A stretch of DNA of 64,000 nucleotides from an uncultured virus (IMG/VR IMGVR_UViG_3300021599_002865) (IMGVR_UViG_3300021599_002865), one strand, 5' to 3'. Positions 25,017 to 36,895 are shown, counted from the stretch's first letter. Numbers and translations: made by a program. The notes: a model not told the origin generated them from the letters alone.

Positions 25017-27342
25017 CGCTTGCTAACATTTCCAATTTTTCTAATTTCCTTTCATGGAAATCTAAAAGGGTGGATTGTTCTTTGATTGCCTCTAAACAAG
25101 CTGATATAATCGTTTCAAATCTTATTGATAACATTGTGGTTTCTGGGTCTTCATAAACGAGTTCAGGAAATACCAACTGCAACTCTTGTGCAATAAAACC
25201 TATCTGAAGTAACTCGGGTCTTTCATCATCTTTTATTAGATGGTAGGAAACACCTCTAGTCTTTAATATTTTGTCCAAACTATCTGTAATTGGTCTGATA
25301 TTAGTTTTGAACCTTAAATCCGATGGTCCAGGTGCACCTGATGCACCTTGTGCCCCTGTTGGTCCTGTGCCACCTTGTGGACCAGTTCCACCACCTCCAC
25401 CTTGAGCACCTTGTGGACCTGTTCCTCCTGTTCCACCACCAGTCCCTTGAGCACCTTGATTACCCGTAGGACCGGTTGGTCCTCCAGGACCTTGAGCACC
25501 TTGTGCACCTTGGTTTCCATTACCTTGTGATGGACCTTGGGCTCCTTGAGAACCAGTTCCACCTCCTCCACCAGGAGGTCCTGTGTGACCTTGAGCTCCC
25601 TGTGGACCTCGGTTACCCGTTGGTCCGCCAGGACCCTGAGCACCTTGTGCTCCGCCAGGACCCTGAGCACCTTGTCCACCTTGAGAACCTTGAGCTCCTT
25701 GAGCTCCTGTTGCACCACCACCACCTTGAGAACCTTGTCCTCCCTGTGAACCTTGGGCTCCTTGGTTTCCACCACTGCCTTGAGCTCCTTGCGCACCTTG
25801 TCCTCCTGCCGGTCCTTGTGCTCCTTGGTTACCTTTACCACCTTGAGCTCCTTGCGCACCTTGTCCTCCTGCCGGTCCTTGTGCTCCTTGGGCTCCTCCT
25901 GGGCCTTGAGCTCCTTGCGCACCTTGTCCTCCTGTTGGTCCCTGAGCTCCTTGGTTACCTTTACCACCTTGTGCTCCTTGAGCACCTTGTCCTCCTTGAG
26001 AACCTTGTGAACCTGTGGCACCTACAGGCCCCTGTGCTCCTTGTGCTCCCTGTCCACCTTGTGAACCTTGACCACCTTTGGCACCTTGTGAACCTTGTCC
26101 TCCTTGAGCTCCTTGTCCACCTGTTGGTCCTTGTGCTCCTTGATTACCACCCGAACCTTGCGCTCCTTGAGCTCCTTGTCCACCTGTTGGTCCTGTAGCA
26201 CCCTTACCACCTTGAGAACCTTGTCCTCCTTGAGCTCCTTGTCCACCTGTTGGTCCTTGAGCTCCTTGATTACCACCCGAACCTTGCGCTCCTTGAGCTC
26301 CTTGTCCACCCTGTGAGCCTTGGGAACCTGTGGCACCCGCAGAACCTACTGGACCTTGTGCTCCTTGGCCTCCCTGCGAACCTTGTGAGCCCGTGGCCCC
26401 TTGTGCACCTACTGGCCCTTGAGCTCCCTGTCCACCTTGTGAACCTTGGGAACCTGTGGCTCCTGCTGAACCAACGGGACCCTGAGCTCCCTGTCCACCT
26501 TGTGAACCTTGTGAACCTATGGCACCTTGTGAACCTTGTCCACCTTGAGCTCCTTGTCCTCCCTGTGAACCTTGGGAACCTGTAGCTCCTTGTGACCCAA
26601 CTGGTCCTTGTGCTCCTTGACCTCCTTGTGACCCTTGGGAACCAACCGCTCCCTGAGAACCTGTGGCACCTTGAGCACCTTGACCTCCTTGTGAACCCTG
26701 AGAACCTGTAGCACCTTGTGACCCTACCGGCCCTTGAGCACCTTGTCCACCTTGTGAACCCTGAGAACCGACCGCTCCCTGTGAACCTGTGGCACCTTGA
26801 GCACCTTGACCTCCTTGTGAACCCTGAGAACCAGTATCGCCTTGTGCACCTATTGCACCCTGAGCACCTTGACCACCTTGTGCGCCTTGTGGACCTACAG
26901 CACCTTGGGAACCTTGTGAGCCAGTAATACCTTGAGCCCCTGTTGGACCTTGTGCTCCTTGACCCCCTTGTGAACCTTGAGCACCTTGACCACCTGTCAC
27001 TCCCTGGGAACCTTGATTTCCTTGAGCACCTTGTCCCCCTTGAAAACCAATACTACCTTGAGCACCAGTTGGTTCTCTATTACCAACCCATCCTGTAGAG
27101 TTGATAAGTGTTCCTGCTGAATTTTTTAAACTAGTTGTTATCTTGAGGTTACTATTGTAAGTTACAAATGAAGGTTTATCACTTCTCCAAGCAAGATAAA
27201 CAATATTACTATTATCTGTCCAATGCAAATGTAGTAGTGGTGAATCGTCTTCAAGCTTCAAATATGTTGAGGTTGAGCCAGAATCAACGAATTCGACCGT
27301 GGGAAACGCATAATCAGGATATATTATTATATTTTCAGACAC
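25000..27342 (-). CDS. collagen-like fibre protein C with a C-terminal peptidase S74 chaperone domain
   Basis: ~194 G-X-Y triplets (aa 93-674), then [12 protein letters not shown]...IGFIAQE...PELV and a coiled coil. Confidence 0.9.
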   Translation of the reverse strand: MSENIIIYPDYAFPTVEFVDSGSTSTYLKLEDDSPLLHLHWTDNSNIVYLAWRSDKPSFVTYNSNLKITTSLKNSAGTLINSTGWVGNREPTGAQGSIGFQGGQGAQGNQGSQGVTGGQGAQGSQGGQGAQGPTGAQGITGSQGSQGAVGPQGAQGGQGAQGAIGAQGDTGSQGSQGGQGAQGATGSQGAVGSQGSQGGQGAQGPVGSQGATGSQGSQGGQGAQGATGSQGAVGSQGSQGGQGAQGPVGSQGATGSQGSQGGQGAQGGQGSQGAIGSQGSQGGQGAQGPVGSAGATGSQGSQGGQGAQGPVGAQGATGSQGSQGGQGAQGPVGSAGATGSQGSQGGQGAQGAQGSGGNQGAQGPTGGQGAQGGQGSQGGKGATGPTGGQGAQGAQGSGGNQGAQGPTGGQGAQGGQGSQGAKGGQGSQGGQGAQGAQGPVGATGSQGSQGGQGAQGAQGGKGNQGAQGPTGGQGAQGAQGPGGAQGAQGPAGGQGAQGAQGGKGNQGAQGPAGGQGAQGAQGSGGNQGAQGSQGGQGSQGGGGATGAQGAQGSQGGQGAQGPGGAQGAQGPGGPTGNRGPQGAQGHTGPPGGGGGTGSQGAQGPSQGNGNQGAQGAQGPGGPTGPTGNQGAQGTGGGTGGTGPQGAQGGGGGTGPQGGTGPTGAQGASGAPGPSDLRFKTNIRPITDSLDKILKTRGVSYHLIKDDERPELLQIGFIAQELQLVFPELVYEDPETTMLSIRFETIISACLEAIKEQSTLLDFHERKLEKLEMLASGKKGI

Positions 27343-29764
27343 TTAAATTATCTTTTAAAATTTTTATTCTCTCCATTATTGAGATTATTCTTTTCTGTTG
27401 TTCTTGAAGTGCACCAATACCCAAACTTACCATAAGACCATATTCAACTGATTTAAAGCCCTCCTCGTCTGTCCAAACAACTTCTGGGACGATATCTTCA
27501 ATTTGCTGTGCAATAAAACCTATTGTTTCACCAGTAAATGCACTTGGAAGAGATATTGCACGGTTCATTGATATTTTAGGATGGTCAACCCATTCGAATC
27601 TAACACCCTCAATACCTTTAACTTTTTCTAATACATTTGTTAAGGATTGAATATTATCTTTAAGTCTTTGGTCTGAAGGTGGACCCTGAGCTCCTTGAGC
27701 TCCTTGACCTCCTGTTGGACCAGTTCCACCCTGAGGACCTGTAGGTCCTACGTTACCTTGAGCACCTTGACCACCTTGGCCCCCACCTGAACCTGTAGCA
27801 CCTTGGGCACCTTGACCCCCTTGACCACCACCCGAGCCTTGAGCCCCTTGGGCTCCCGTAGCTCCTGGTCCTCCACCAGGCCCCACTGCTCCTTGGGCAC
27901 CTTGTCCTCCTGTTCCTCCTGTAGGTCCTGTTGGTCCCTGTGCTCCTTGGAATCCTGTTGCACCTCCCCCTCCTGTTCCACCTTGAGCCCCAACAGGACC
28001 CTGAGCGCCTTGAGCTCCCTGAGCACCACCCTGTGCTCCTTGAGCACCTGTGGAACCACCTCCACCTTGGCTTCCTTGAGCACCTGTAGTTCCACCTTGA
28101 GCTCCTTGAGCACCTGTTGGTCCTTGAGCACCTTGGTTACCTTGTGCACCTTGGTTACCACCTTGAGCTCCTTGGGCTCCTTGTGAACCTTGGACACCAG
28201 GAGCACCTTGTGCACCCGTATTTCCTCCTTGGGCTCCTTGAGCTCCTTGTGAACCTTGGACACCAGGAGCACCTTGTGCACCTGTTGAAGCTCCTTGAGC
28301 TCCCTGAGCCCCTTGAGAGCCCTGAACACCAGGAGCTCCCTGTGCTCCCGTTGAACCACCTTGAGCTCCTTGGGCTCCTTGGGCACCCTGATTACCTGTC
28401 GCACCTTGGGCACCTGTTGAACCACCTTGAGCACCCTGTGAACCTTGTGCCCCTTGTGCTCCAGTATTACCTTGAGCTCCTGTATTGGCTCCTTGTGCTC
28501 CTTGAGCACCTTGTGGTCCTTGTGCACCTTGGTTTCCTTGTGCACCTGTATTGGCTCCTTGTGCTCCTTGAGAGCCTTGAGCTCCTTGAGCACCTGTATT
28601 ACCTTGAGCTCCTGTATTGGCTCCTTGTGCACCTTGAGCACCTTGTGGTCCTTGTGCACCTTGGTTTCCTTGTGCACCTGTTGAAGCACCCTGTGCACCT
28701 TGCGCTCCCTGTCCTCCTTGTGAGCCTTGACCACCTTGAGCACCTGTTGTTCCTCCTTGGGCTCCTTGTGCTCCTGTTCCACCTTGAGCTCCTTGACCTC
28801 CTTGTGCCCCCGTGGTTCCCCCTTGGGCTCCTTGAGCACCCTGTCCTCCTTGTGAACCTTGAGCTCCTTGGGCTCCTGTTGTTCCTCCTTGTGCTCCTTG
28901 AGAACCTTGTGCACCTTGTGCTCCAGTTGAACCCTGAGCACCTGTTGTTCCTCCTTGAGCTCCTTGAGCTCCTTGTCCTCCTTGTGCCCCCTGTGCACCC
29001 TGAGCACCTGTTGTTCCTCCTTGGGCTCCTTGTGCACCTTGTCCTCCTTGGGCTCCTTGTGCACCCTGAGCACCTGTATTAGCTCCCTGAGCTCCTTGTG
29101 AACCCTGTCCTCCTTGTGCTCCTTGAGCTCCTTGAGCACCAATTGTTCCACCTTGAGCACCTTGAGCACCTTGTCCTCCTTGTGCACCTTGTGAACCCTG
29201 AGCACCTGTGTTAGCTCCTTGAGCACCTTGAGCTCCTTGACCACCTTGAGCTCCTTGACCACCTTGAGCTCCCGTATCCGCTCCTTGAGCTCCCTGTGCT
29301 CCCTGTCCACCCGTAGCACCTTGAGCTCCTTGAGGTCCTATCGAACCTTGTGAACCTTGAGCACCTACATTTCCTATTGCTCCCTTAGCACCTTGAGAAC
29401 CTTGCGCTCCTTGAGCACCTATTGACCCCTGAGAGCCTGTAGTTCCTGAAGCACCTTGTGCTCCTTGAGCACCGGTAAATCCAGATATACCCTCAGCAGG
29501 TCCTACCCATTCGCCAACTTCATTAATCATTTCTATACCACCCACATACAATCCATATATTCCTCCGGTGACCTTTGCACCATCAACGAGTAATTCAGCT
29601 CCGATAGTTGCTATGTTACTTTTTGTTGTTGATGAAACTTGGATATTTCCAGAACCATTAACAGATAATTGTATTTTGTCCGCGGATGAAATCCCTTCAA
29701 ATTCCATATGAGGGTTAGGGTTTCCACCACTTTTACCATTGGGATATATTATAACGTCAGACAT
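27335..29764 (-). CDS. collagen-like fibre protein B with periodic interruptions and a peptidase S74 domain
   Basis: 195 units (aa 92-696), including 20 G-X-X-X units spaced 22 aa apart; SDQRLKDNI...IGFIAQQ...PEVV. Confidence 0.9.
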   Translation of the reverse strand: MSDVIIYPNGKSGGNPNPHMEFEGISSADKIQLSVNGSGNIQVSSTTKSNIATIGAELLVDGAKVTGGIYGLYVGGIEMINEVGEWVGPAEGISGFTGAQGAQGASGTTGSQGSIGAQGAQGSQGAKGAIGNVGAQGSQGSIGPQGAQGATGGQGAQGAQGADTGAQGGQGAQGGQGAQGAQGANTGAQGSQGAQGGQGAQGAQGGTIGAQGAQGAQGGQGSQGAQGANTGAQGAQGAQGGQGAQGAQGGTTGAQGAQGAQGGQGAQGAQGGTTGAQGSTGAQGAQGSQGAQGGTTGAQGAQGSQGGQGAQGAQGGTTGAQGGQGAQGGTGAQGAQGGTTGAQGGQGSQGGQGAQGAQGASTGAQGNQGAQGPQGAQGAQGANTGAQGNTGAQGAQGSQGAQGANTGAQGNQGAQGPQGAQGAQGANTGAQGNTGAQGAQGSQGAQGGSTGAQGATGNQGAQGAQGAQGGSTGAQGAPGVQGSQGAQGAQGASTGAQGAPGVQGSQGAQGAQGGNTGAQGAPGVQGSQGAQGAQGGNQGAQGNQGAQGPTGAQGAQGGTTGAQGSQGGGGSTGAQGAQGGAQGAQGAQGPVGAQGGTGGGGATGFQGAQGPTGPTGGTGGQGAQGAVGPGGGPGATGAQGAQGSGGGQGGQGAQGATGSGGGQGGQGAQGNVGPTGPQGGTGPTGGQGAQGAQGPPSDQRLKDNIQSLTNVLEKVKGIEGVRFEWVDHPKISMNRAISLPSAFTGETIGFIAQQIEDIVPEVVWTDEEGFKSVEYGLMVSLGIGALQEQQKRIISIMERIKILKDNLSV

Positions 29765-32388
29765 TAATTAAGAAGGTTTTCAAGTTCATTTATTTGTTTT
29801 TCGATATCTGATATAAATACTTGTTGCTCTTTAATACCTTCAATCAAAACGGCGTTCATTCTATTATATTCAACAGTATAAAAACCATCAGAACCGATTT
29901 TAACTACTGTCGGGAAAAATTCTTTAACATTTTGAGCTATCAGACCAATCGAGTGAAGCTTGTTATTGTTTAATCTTTTAATGTAATCGCTTTTCGTCAA
30001 CTTTTCATTCCAATCGTATTCTACGACTCTAAGTTCAAGAATTTTTTCAAGTGTATTATCAAGTGATTTAACATTATATTTGACTCTTCTATCAGAGCAG
30101 CTGCCCCCGTATGTAAAATAACCATTGAAGTTAGTAGAACCATAATACAAATATGTAACACCAATCGTAATTGAACCATAGGTCCACTGAAATGTTGAGT
30201 TTTGACAAGTTGTAACATCTGAAGCGAGTTGGATGCTAAAATTTGCTTGCCAGTTAATATCTTGGGAATAAACTGTTCTGTTTTGACATGCCCCCGCGTT
30301 TACACAAATGGCGTAATAAGAATCACCACATAGATTCTGAACAAAACAAGAGGTGAACGAGCCAGGTCCTGTTGCACCTTGTGCACCTTGGGCTCCTTGT
30401 CCTCCCGTAGGACCCGTAGGACCCGTAGGACCACCCGACCCTTGTGCACCTTGGTTACCCGTAGGACCAGTAGGACCACCTGGTCCTTGTGCACCTTGGT
30501 TACCTTGAGGTCCTGTTACACCTGGTGCACCTTGAGCACCTTGACCTCCGTTTGGACCTTTCGGTCCAGCAGCTCCTTGCGCCCCTTGGCTACCCGTAGC
30601 ACCCCCACCACCTTGAGGACCTTGAGCACCTTGAGCACCCTGACCTCCTGTTCCACCTTGTGGTCCTGGAGCACCTTGAGCACCTTGATTTCCTGTTGCT
30701 CCTTGTGCACCTGGATGACCTGTAGCACCCTTACCACCCTGTGAACCCTGAGCACCTGTTGCTCCCTGAGGACCAATTGCACCTGTATTACCCCCTGCAC
30801 CTTGTGCACCTTGTGGTCCTGTGGCACCTTGTGCTCCTGGATGTCCTGTTCCTCCACCAGAACCTGTTGGACCTTGTGGTCCTGTGGCTCCCTGTGCTCC
30901 TGGATGTCCTGTTCCTCCACCTGAACCTTGAGGACCTTGTGGTCCTGTGGCTCCTTGTGCTCCTGGATGTCCTGTTCCTCCACCCGAACCTGTTGGACCT
31001 TGTGGTCCTGTGGCTCCTTGTGCTCCTGTATGACCAACGGCACCTTGAGCACCTTGAGGTCCTGTTGGTCCTGTTGCTCCTTGAGCTCCTGGATGTCCTG
31101 TGGCTCCTTGAGCACCCGTCGAACCTGCATTACCTGTAGCACCTTGAGCACCAGGGTGACCTGTGTTTCCTGTTGGCCCCTGTGCACCTTGTGGTCCTGT
31201 AGCACCTTGAGCACCCGCATGACCCGTCGCACCTTGTGCCCCAGTAGAACCAGCATTCCCCGTAGCACCTTGTGCACCTGGATGACCTGTATTTCCTGTT
31301 GGTCCCTGTGCTCCTTGTGGTCCTGTAGCACCCTGAGCACCAGCATGACCCGTCGCACCTTGTGGTCCTTGAGCCCCTTGAGGACCTGTAGCACCTTGAG
31401 GTCCTACTGCACCTGTAGAACCTGTAGGTCCTTGTGCACCTGTATTACCTGTGGCTCCTTGTGGGCCAACATTTCCTTGTGCTCCTGTATTACCTTGTGC
31501 TCCTGTGTTACCTGTGGCTCCTTGTGGTCCTACGTTACCTGTAGCCCCGGTAGCTCCCTGAGCCCCTGTGTTACCTGTGGCCCCTTGTGGTCCAACATTT
31601 CCTTGTGCTCCTGTATTACCTTGTGCTCCTGTATTACCTGTGGCCCCTTGTGGACCAACATTTCCTTGTGCTCCTGTATTACCTTGTGCTCCTGTGTTAC
31701 CTGTAGCTCCTTGAGCACCTGTATGACCCTGTGCACCTGTATTTCCTTGTGCTCCTGTATTACCTGTGGCCCCTTGTGGTCCAACATTTCCTTGAGCTCC
31801 CGTGTTACCTTGCGCTCCTGTGTTACCTGTGGCTCCTTGTGCACCTGTATTACCCTGTGCACCTGTATTTCCTTGTGCACCGGTATTTCCCGTGGCTCCT
31901 TGTGCACCTGTATTACCCTGTGCACCCTGGGTTGTGCCTTTAGCACCCTGTGCCCCTTGGGGTCCAACCTGACCTTGTGCACCTGTATCACCTTGTGCAC
32001 CTTGTATTCCTTGTAACCCTTGTGCACCCAAATTTCCCTGTGCACCCGTATCACCCTGTGCACCTGTATTGCCCTGCGCACCTTGGTGACCCTGAGCCCC
32101 TTGAGCTCCTGCAATACCTGTGGTTGGTCCAATCCAATCCAAAGTTCCATCAATTACTTGAACTGAGTCAATAGCAAAATAATCAGAAACATTAAGCGTT
32201 ACAACACCAATTGTTTGGCTAGAACGGTCAATAACTAATTGATTAGTAACTGATGCTGAGCTAAGATTAATCTTACCCGTTGGCACAACTCTCCAAACAC
32301 TTGTTCCACTGTTAACCCAATTTATATAAGGGACTCTGTCTGGTGTTCTAGAAATGGAATTACTCGGAACTATTAAAATATCACCCAT
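29764..32388 (-). CDS. collagen-like fibre protein A with a Cys-rich tip domain and a peptidase S74 domain
   Basis: 195 units (aa 91-676); ~88-aa Cys/aromatic-rich domain; SDRRVKYNV...IGLIAQ. Confidence 0.9.
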   Translation of the reverse strand: MGDILIVPSNSISRTPDRVPYINWVNSGTSVWRVVPTGKINLSSASVTNQLVIDRSSQTIGVVTLNVSDYFAIDSVQVIDGTLDWIGPTTGIAGAQGAQGHQGAQGNTGAQGDTGAQGNLGAQGLQGIQGAQGDTGAQGQVGPQGAQGAKGTTQGAQGNTGAQGATGNTGAQGNTGAQGNTGAQGATGNTGAQGNTGAQGNVGPQGATGNTGAQGNTGAQGHTGAQGATGNTGAQGNTGAQGNVGPQGATGNTGAQGNTGAQGNVGPQGATGNTGAQGATGATGNVGPQGATGNTGAQGNTGAQGNVGPQGATGNTGAQGPTGSTGAVGPQGATGPQGAQGPQGATGHAGAQGATGPQGAQGPTGNTGHPGAQGATGNAGSTGAQGATGHAGAQGATGPQGAQGPTGNTGHPGAQGATGNAGSTGAQGATGHPGAQGATGPTGPQGAQGAVGHTGAQGATGPQGPTGSGGGTGHPGAQGATGPQGPQGSGGGTGHPGAQGATGPQGPTGSGGGTGHPGAQGATGPQGAQGAGGNTGAIGPQGATGAQGSQGGKGATGHPGAQGATGNQGAQGAPGPQGGTGGQGAQGAQGPQGGGGATGSQGAQGAAGPKGPNGGQGAQGAPGVTGPQGNQGAQGPGGPTGPTGNQGAQGSGGPTGPTGPTGGQGAQGAQGATGPGSFTSCFVQNLCGDSYYAICVNAGACQNRTVYSQDINWQANFSIQLASDVTTCQNSTFQWTYGSITIGVTYLYYGSTNFNGYFTYGGSCSDRRVKYNVKSLDNTLEKILELRVVEYDWNEKLTKSDYIKRLNNNKLHSIGLIAQNVKEFFPTVVKIGSDGFYTVEYNRMNAVLIEGIKEQQVFISDIEKQINELENLLN

Positions 32389-32488
32389 GAATGTTTTTTT
32401 CTATTTATATAAATACAAGTTGAATAGAATTTGTATTCATTTTTATTTTGGAAAATTTTATAATTGACACTATTATAATTATTAATTT

Positions 32489-33202
32489 ATGACATTAAAA
32501 AAAATAGGTAGCAAATCTTACGTTGTAAACTTACTTTCAGACTACATTCTTTCTGAGATATCAACTGAAGAGAACTCAATAATAAAAGTAATCGACTGTG
32601 GTAATTTTTTTGTTATCAAAGGAAAAACCACTTCAAAAGAAGTTTTATTTTTACCAAACATAATTTCTAAATTTAATGAGAGATTCGAAATACCCTCTAA
32701 ACTCACCCATACAATTGACTTAATTGAATATGATTCTGATTTACCTGATGTAAAGTCAATTTCCCACACATACCACAGTAATACCTCCAACTGTTCATAT
32801 AATCAAACCGAAATCGAAAAAAATGAGATTTCCGAAGAAACTGATGAATTAGTATACGTTTCTTCATTTCCCCACGGTTATTCCCTAACTCAGGGTAGAT
32901 TACTTTATTATTATGGGAAAAAAATATTCTACAACATTCCATCCAATTACCTTGTCACGAGTTTGGAATTTCATCTAACAAATGAGAGAAATGATGAAAA
33001 TGAATTTGGATTCAGCGTTTACGATGGATTTTACAAAACAAAGGATGAAGTGCTTCGTTCTGCGGTCTTAGATATATTTGATTTCAATATGGAGCCAATC
33101 GCCAAAGAAATAAAAAAAGTGGATTGGAGTATCGAACTCACAGACCCACTTTACGAATATGATTTTTTGAAAGAAAAGGTTGAGGGATTTATTATTATAT
33201 AA
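32489..33202 (+). CDS. hypothetical protein, possibly a degenerate SAM-synthetase (MetK)-fold protein
   Basis: Weak pattern resemblance only (NLLSDYIL; FFVIKGKTT; PHGYS...GR..YY.G..I; DIFDF). Confidence 0.45.
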   Translation: MTLKKIGSKSYVVNLLSDYILSEISTEENSIIKVIDCGNFFVIKGKTTSKEVLFLPNIISKFNERFEIPSKLTHTIDLIEYDSDLPDVKSISHTYHSNTSNCSYNQTEIEKNEISEETDELVYVSSFPHGYSLTQGRLLYYYGKKIFYNIPSNYLVTSLEFHLTNERNDENEFGFSVYDGFYKTKDEVLRSAVLDIFDFNMEPIAKEIKKVDWSIELTDPLYEYDFLKEKVEGFIII

Positions 33203-33494
33203 TACCTAATTTTTTTCTGTGTCCTTGTATAATTTGAATTGCCTCAGTTAATTCATTATAATTTCTTTCTGGAGCATATAAATGAGGTTCATAATCTTTA
33301 TCGTCACCTTCGATAATCATCAAAGCTGGAACCATGTCATTTTCCGTCACTTCAGAATACATATTATATTCTTTGGAATACTCATCGATGTCTCGTTCAA
33401 AGAAGTCTATGTTTTCGGTTCTCAACATTTTTTTGAATTCATCACAATGAGGACATCCTTTCATTGTGTATACTATAACGTTTAAATTTTTCAT
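33195..33494 (-). CDS. glutaredoxin
   Basis: VYTMKGCPHC...VP. Confidence 0.85.
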   Translation of the reverse strand: MKNLNVIVYTMKGCPHCDEFKKMLRTENIDFFERDIDEYSKEYNMYSEVTENDMVPALMIIEGDDKDYEPHLYAPERNYNELTEAIQIIQGHRKKLGII

Positions 33495-33495
33495 T

Positions 33496-33819
33496 TTAAT
33501 CTAAAAGATTTAATACTTCGGGTGCAGTCATGACACCAGGTTTAGAAAACACCTCTTTACCTTCTTTAAATATTTTAATTGTTGGAACACTTCTGATTTG
33601 AAGTTCGTTTACGACATACTCTCTATCGGAATCAATATCCAACTTATAGATTGAATACTTGGGTGAACTTGTTGACTCACTAATCAGGGATTCGTTCACC
33701 TTTTCGAGATTGTATAACATTATTTTACAAGGTCCGCACCATGTTGCAAACAAATCCAATACAAAATTTTCTCCGTTGTTAATTTTTTGTTTAAGTTGTT
33801 CCGTTGTTATCTGTTCCAT
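33496..33819 (-). CDS. trxA: thioredoxin
   Basis: LDLFATWCGPCK...IRSVPT..IFKEG. Confidence 0.9.
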   Translation of the reverse strand: MEQITTEQLKQKINNGENFVLDLFATWCGPCKIMLYNLEKVNESLISESTSSPKYSIYKLDIDSDREYVVNELQIRSVPTIKIFKEGKEVFSKPGVMTAPEVLNLLD

Positions 33820-34150
33820 CTTTGAAGGGTTTTAAAAGTTGAGTTGTTAAAAAAACAAGTTCTTTAAATTGTTCAGGTTTATAATAAATAGTGAGTCCAA
33901 ACTCATCTTCTCCATTTACGTTTATTGTATTAACTTGAAGATAGAACTTTTGAGCTGTTTCGTAAATGACTTCCTCCCATTTAGCTTTGCCTCGGTTGGA
34001 AACTACTCCTCTCTCATAAACTCTCTTAAGTTTTTTTTCATCCAAATACTTGATTAAATCATCTGGATATCTGTGAAAATCCAAAAGGGAAAAAATACCT
34101 TCTTTTTTTTCTAATTGATTAATAAAATCTGGTTTACCTAAAAATCCCAT
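33791..34150 (-). CDS. hypothetical protein
   Basis: Overlaps both neighbours in the operon. Confidence 0.65.
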   Translation of the reverse strand: MGFLGKPDFINQLEKKEGIFSLLDFHRYPDDLIKYLDEKKLKRVYERGVVSNRGKAKWEEVIYETAQKFYLQVNTINVNGEDEFGLTIYYKPEQFKELVFLTTQLLKPFKDGTDNNGTT

Positions 34151-35751
34151 GTGTAATAATTGTTTGTTGTTTTTCTCTCAGTCCAAATCAAGTTTCCATC
34201 ATCATCAAAATGAGAACCTGAGGAAAGTTTGATTCCGTTGTTACAAACTTTTTCTATCGAGACTGTTTCGAATTTTTTATCCTCAAAGCAAGATAAGACA
34301 ACTTCATCTAATTTCAATAGAACCTTACTCCAAGATGAATCAAGTTTTTGATTGAATTTTCCTAAAGTTTGAACTCTATCCACATGTATTTTGTCTATAT
34401 TTTTCAGAAAAACAATTCTATATTCAATCGTTGCTCTTTCTGTGGAATCAATTGAATTTTTTCTAAGTGAAATTATCATGGAACCCGCTTTACCAATATA
34501 TCCTTTTACACAGTTGGATTGATTAAAACTTTCATGATTATATTCTTCACTAGTTTTCAATAAGACAGGAAAAAAATCATCTAAAGGTTTTTCGATTCTG
34601 TCATAAAAATACTCAGGATAAAGTCTTATGTAAGACCCTTTACGATAATGGTCCAATTTATCAGTCCAATCCAAGTGTTCTGCTTGGAATTTATTGTAAT
34701 CATTACCATCAGTCGTCCACCTTGTTTCAGTCTCACCGAATTCTTTTAAGGAAGTGTAGGTTCTTACATGGTCATTAAATGTCCAATTGTTCATTGTGTC
34801 ATTGAGAATCATTCCTTTAAAAACAGAATAAACTTTTTTCAATTCTTCGTTGGAAAGATAATTTTTGAAATTATCAGGTATTGATATGGATTTCCCTTGA
34901 GAACTTAGAATTTCTTTGATGATATCACCATCTTGATTTAACCAATCCTCTCCGAATAATTTCTTAGCACAAGTATAAAGTTCAACATTGAGAAAATTTA
35001 CTTCATGTAGATATTTTTTAAGTTTTTTTCCTTTAAAACTCCAAACTTGCATAAATGTATCAACAATTTTCTTGTCATTTTTTTTCAAGATTTTTCTGTA
35101 ATCCTTACCCCACATGAAATTCACATAAATCCAAAAATTATTTGGATACTTGAAACCCTTTTTGTCCAAATAGAATTTCATTAATTTTTCATCATTATCC
35201 AATTTATCCAAATTTAAATCTATTCTTTCGAAGAATTTATTAGCAACTTCGAAAATAACCTCAGATGAGTTGTCACAAAAATTGGAGAGATGATTTTTGA
35301 TACTTGACAGTATAGAGGAAAAAGGGTTATTAGGAAAATAATTTCTTCGTATGGATTTAGTGAATTTTTTTTTCTTTTGGTAATTGTGCAAATATCCTCT
35401 ATAAAAATCGCCCGTCTTTTTGTTTACGGTTAGAAATTCAACATTTTTAGAGACTTTGAACCATGGCTTCCCAACCCCTCTGGCCTTTCCACCATAGAAA
35501 AATTTCAAGGATAATTTATCATCTTTTTCTTCAATTACAATCATACTGTAATACCTGTTTACAGCATAGATGGGGTTGGCAAAATTCTTTACGAATGTTT
35601 CCTCATCGTGAAATTTGTTTTCAATTACGAATAAAGGATGTCTCAAGTCCTCTGTTTCTCCAAAAACTATATTCCTCTCATTCAAAGATGAGTGGTCTCT
35701 ATATTTTTCAGAAATGAATTTTGTAAAATTTACTTTATAGATTTCAGTCAT
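34138..35751 (-). CDS. PcfJ-domain-like protein
   Basis: C-terminal EYNHESFNQSNCVKGY...RATIEY...Q..GKFN. Confidence 0.7.
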   Translation of the reverse strand: MTEIYKVNFTKFISEKYRDHSSLNERNIVFGETEDLRHPLFVIENKFHDEETFVKNFANPIYAVNRYYSMIVIEEKDDKLSLKFFYGGKARGVGKPWFKVSKNVEFLTVNKKTGDFYRGYLHNYQKKKKFTKSIRRNYFPNNPFSSILSSIKNHLSNFCDNSSEVIFEVANKFFERIDLNLDKLDNDEKLMKFYLDKKGFKYPNNFWIYVNFMWGKDYRKILKKNDKKIVDTFMQVWSFKGKKLKKYLHEVNFLNVELYTCAKKLFGEDWLNQDGDIIKEILSSQGKSISIPDNFKNYLSNEELKKVYSVFKGMILNDTMNNWTFNDHVRTYTSLKEFGETETRWTTDGNDYNKFQAEHLDWTDKLDHYRKGSYIRLYPEYFYDRIEKPLDDFFPVLLKTSEEYNHESFNQSNCVKGYIGKAGSMIISLRKNSIDSTERATIEYRIVFLKNIDKIHVDRVQTLGKFNQKLDSSWSKVLLKLDEVVLSCFEDKKFETVSIEKVCNNGIKLSSGSHFDDDGNLIWTERKTTNNYYTWDF

Positions 35752-35767
35752 TAGTATACAAATATAA

Positions 35768-35797
35768 TAAAAAAAGAAGGGAGAAAACTCCCTTCAA
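35768..35797 (-). terminator. intrinsic terminator
   Basis: GAAGGGAG-TTTT-CTCCCTTC followed by a T run. Confidence 0.75.
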
Positions 35798-35800
35798 AAA

Positions 35801-36556
35801 TTAACCACAATATGATTCAGCCAATTCCCAAAGACCGGTGTTGATTTTATTAATGGTTTGGAAGTTTTTCAATTCCTTCATTGTAACCAAACGACCTCTC
35901 TTGGATTGATATTTAGTTCCACCACGGACAAATTTTTCTTGAATCACATTAAAGACTTTCCAAACAGAATTACCGCTATCAGCATCTCTCTCGGGACGAA
36001 GTAATTCTTCAACGTTTATTGAGGTAGGAACTGAACCTTTTTCCCAACGAAGGAGGGATGCCTTATTCATCATATCAATTGTTCTTTCTTCGTTGAGTTC
36101 TGTCGTTTCCATACGACCTACAGCTCTTTGGATAAGTGGGAGACGGTCAGCGAACTCATCAGTGATTTGACGAACAACCCCCATGTCAACACGCATATGT
36201 TTAACAGAAATACTGTCAGCAACTGATGTTGGAACAGTAAGACCATTTGAGCAAACCAAACGGAAAAGACCGGCGCTCACTGAAAAGGTGCTCATGCCAT
36301 TGTGTGAATTTCGAATCACTGCCTCAACCAATGAATCTCCGACTTGAGGTAATTCTCCATTTCTTAAACGTAGTTCGTGACTCGAAAAACGACCTTGACC
36401 TATTTGTTTTGCGGAATAGAGTCTCCAACCTTCACGGTCAAAATTTTCCAAAATTTCCATGGTTGGAACGAAGGTATACTTCTCAGACATTTTAGGGTCT
36501 GCACTTGTAGAGAAAACGGCGGGAACTGTGTTACGAATAGAATCGAGTGTAATCAT
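35801..36556 (-). CDS. DUF932/DUF945 family protein
   Basis: S.KY.FVPT...GW...NSHNG......AGLFRLVCSNGL...W.VFN.IQE...GG. Confidence 0.85.
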   Translation of the reverse strand: MITLDSIRNTVPAVFSTSADPKMSEKYTFVPTMEILENFDREGWRLYSAKQIGQGRFSSHELRLRNGELPQVGDSLVEAVIRNSHNGMSTFSVSAGLFRLVCSNGLTVPTSVADSISVKHMRVDMGVVRQITDEFADRLPLIQRAVGRMETTELNEERTIDMMNKASLLRWEKGSVPTSINVEELLRPERDADSGNSVWKVFNVIQEKFVRGGTKYQSKRGRLVTMKELKNFQTINKINTGLWELAESYCG

Positions 36557-36574
36557 GTTTATTAATTTAGATTA

Positions 36575-36604
36575 CAAAGATACAGTATTAATTTGAATTA
36601 CAAA
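36575..36604 (-). promoter_or_regulatory. Bacteroidota-type promoter
   Basis: TTTG-N18-TATCTTTG. Confidence 0.6.
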
Positions 36605-36606
36605 AA

Positions 36607-36885
36607 TTAATTTAAACAAACTAGACCAAATTTAGTCTTGAAGAAAGGTGCAAATAATTCTTTAGTTTCGATTGGTTTCTGATTAAGCTCTCTACACACG
36701 TCAATGAGTTGTTTCTGAGTTAAACTAACCTCTTTACCATTTTCGATATTATCAAAGGCTACCTCACGAATCTTTACATAAAATTCTTCTTCCTTGTCTT
36801 TTGGAATAAGATTAAATAAGTCTTTTGGATTTTCCTTGAAAAACTTGACGATGTTATTCATATATATGTCAACATCTACGCTCAT
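36607..36885 (-). CDS. hypothetical protein
   Basis: Probable start MSVDVDIY at 36885. Confidence 0.65.
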   Translation of the reverse strand: MSVDVDIYMNNIVKFFKENPKDLFNLIPKDKEEEFYVKIREVAFDNIENGKEVSLTQKQLIDVCRELNQKPIETKELFAPFFKTKFGLVCLN

Positions 36886-36895
36886 AGTGAAATGA

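Noticed and set aside
25314..32174. Long alternative-frame and antisense ORFs (e.g. 27748-29319, 28117-29082, 30928-32016)
   Set aside because: Shadows of the stop-poor Gly-Ala-Gln codon repeats; low-complexity products with no independent expression signals
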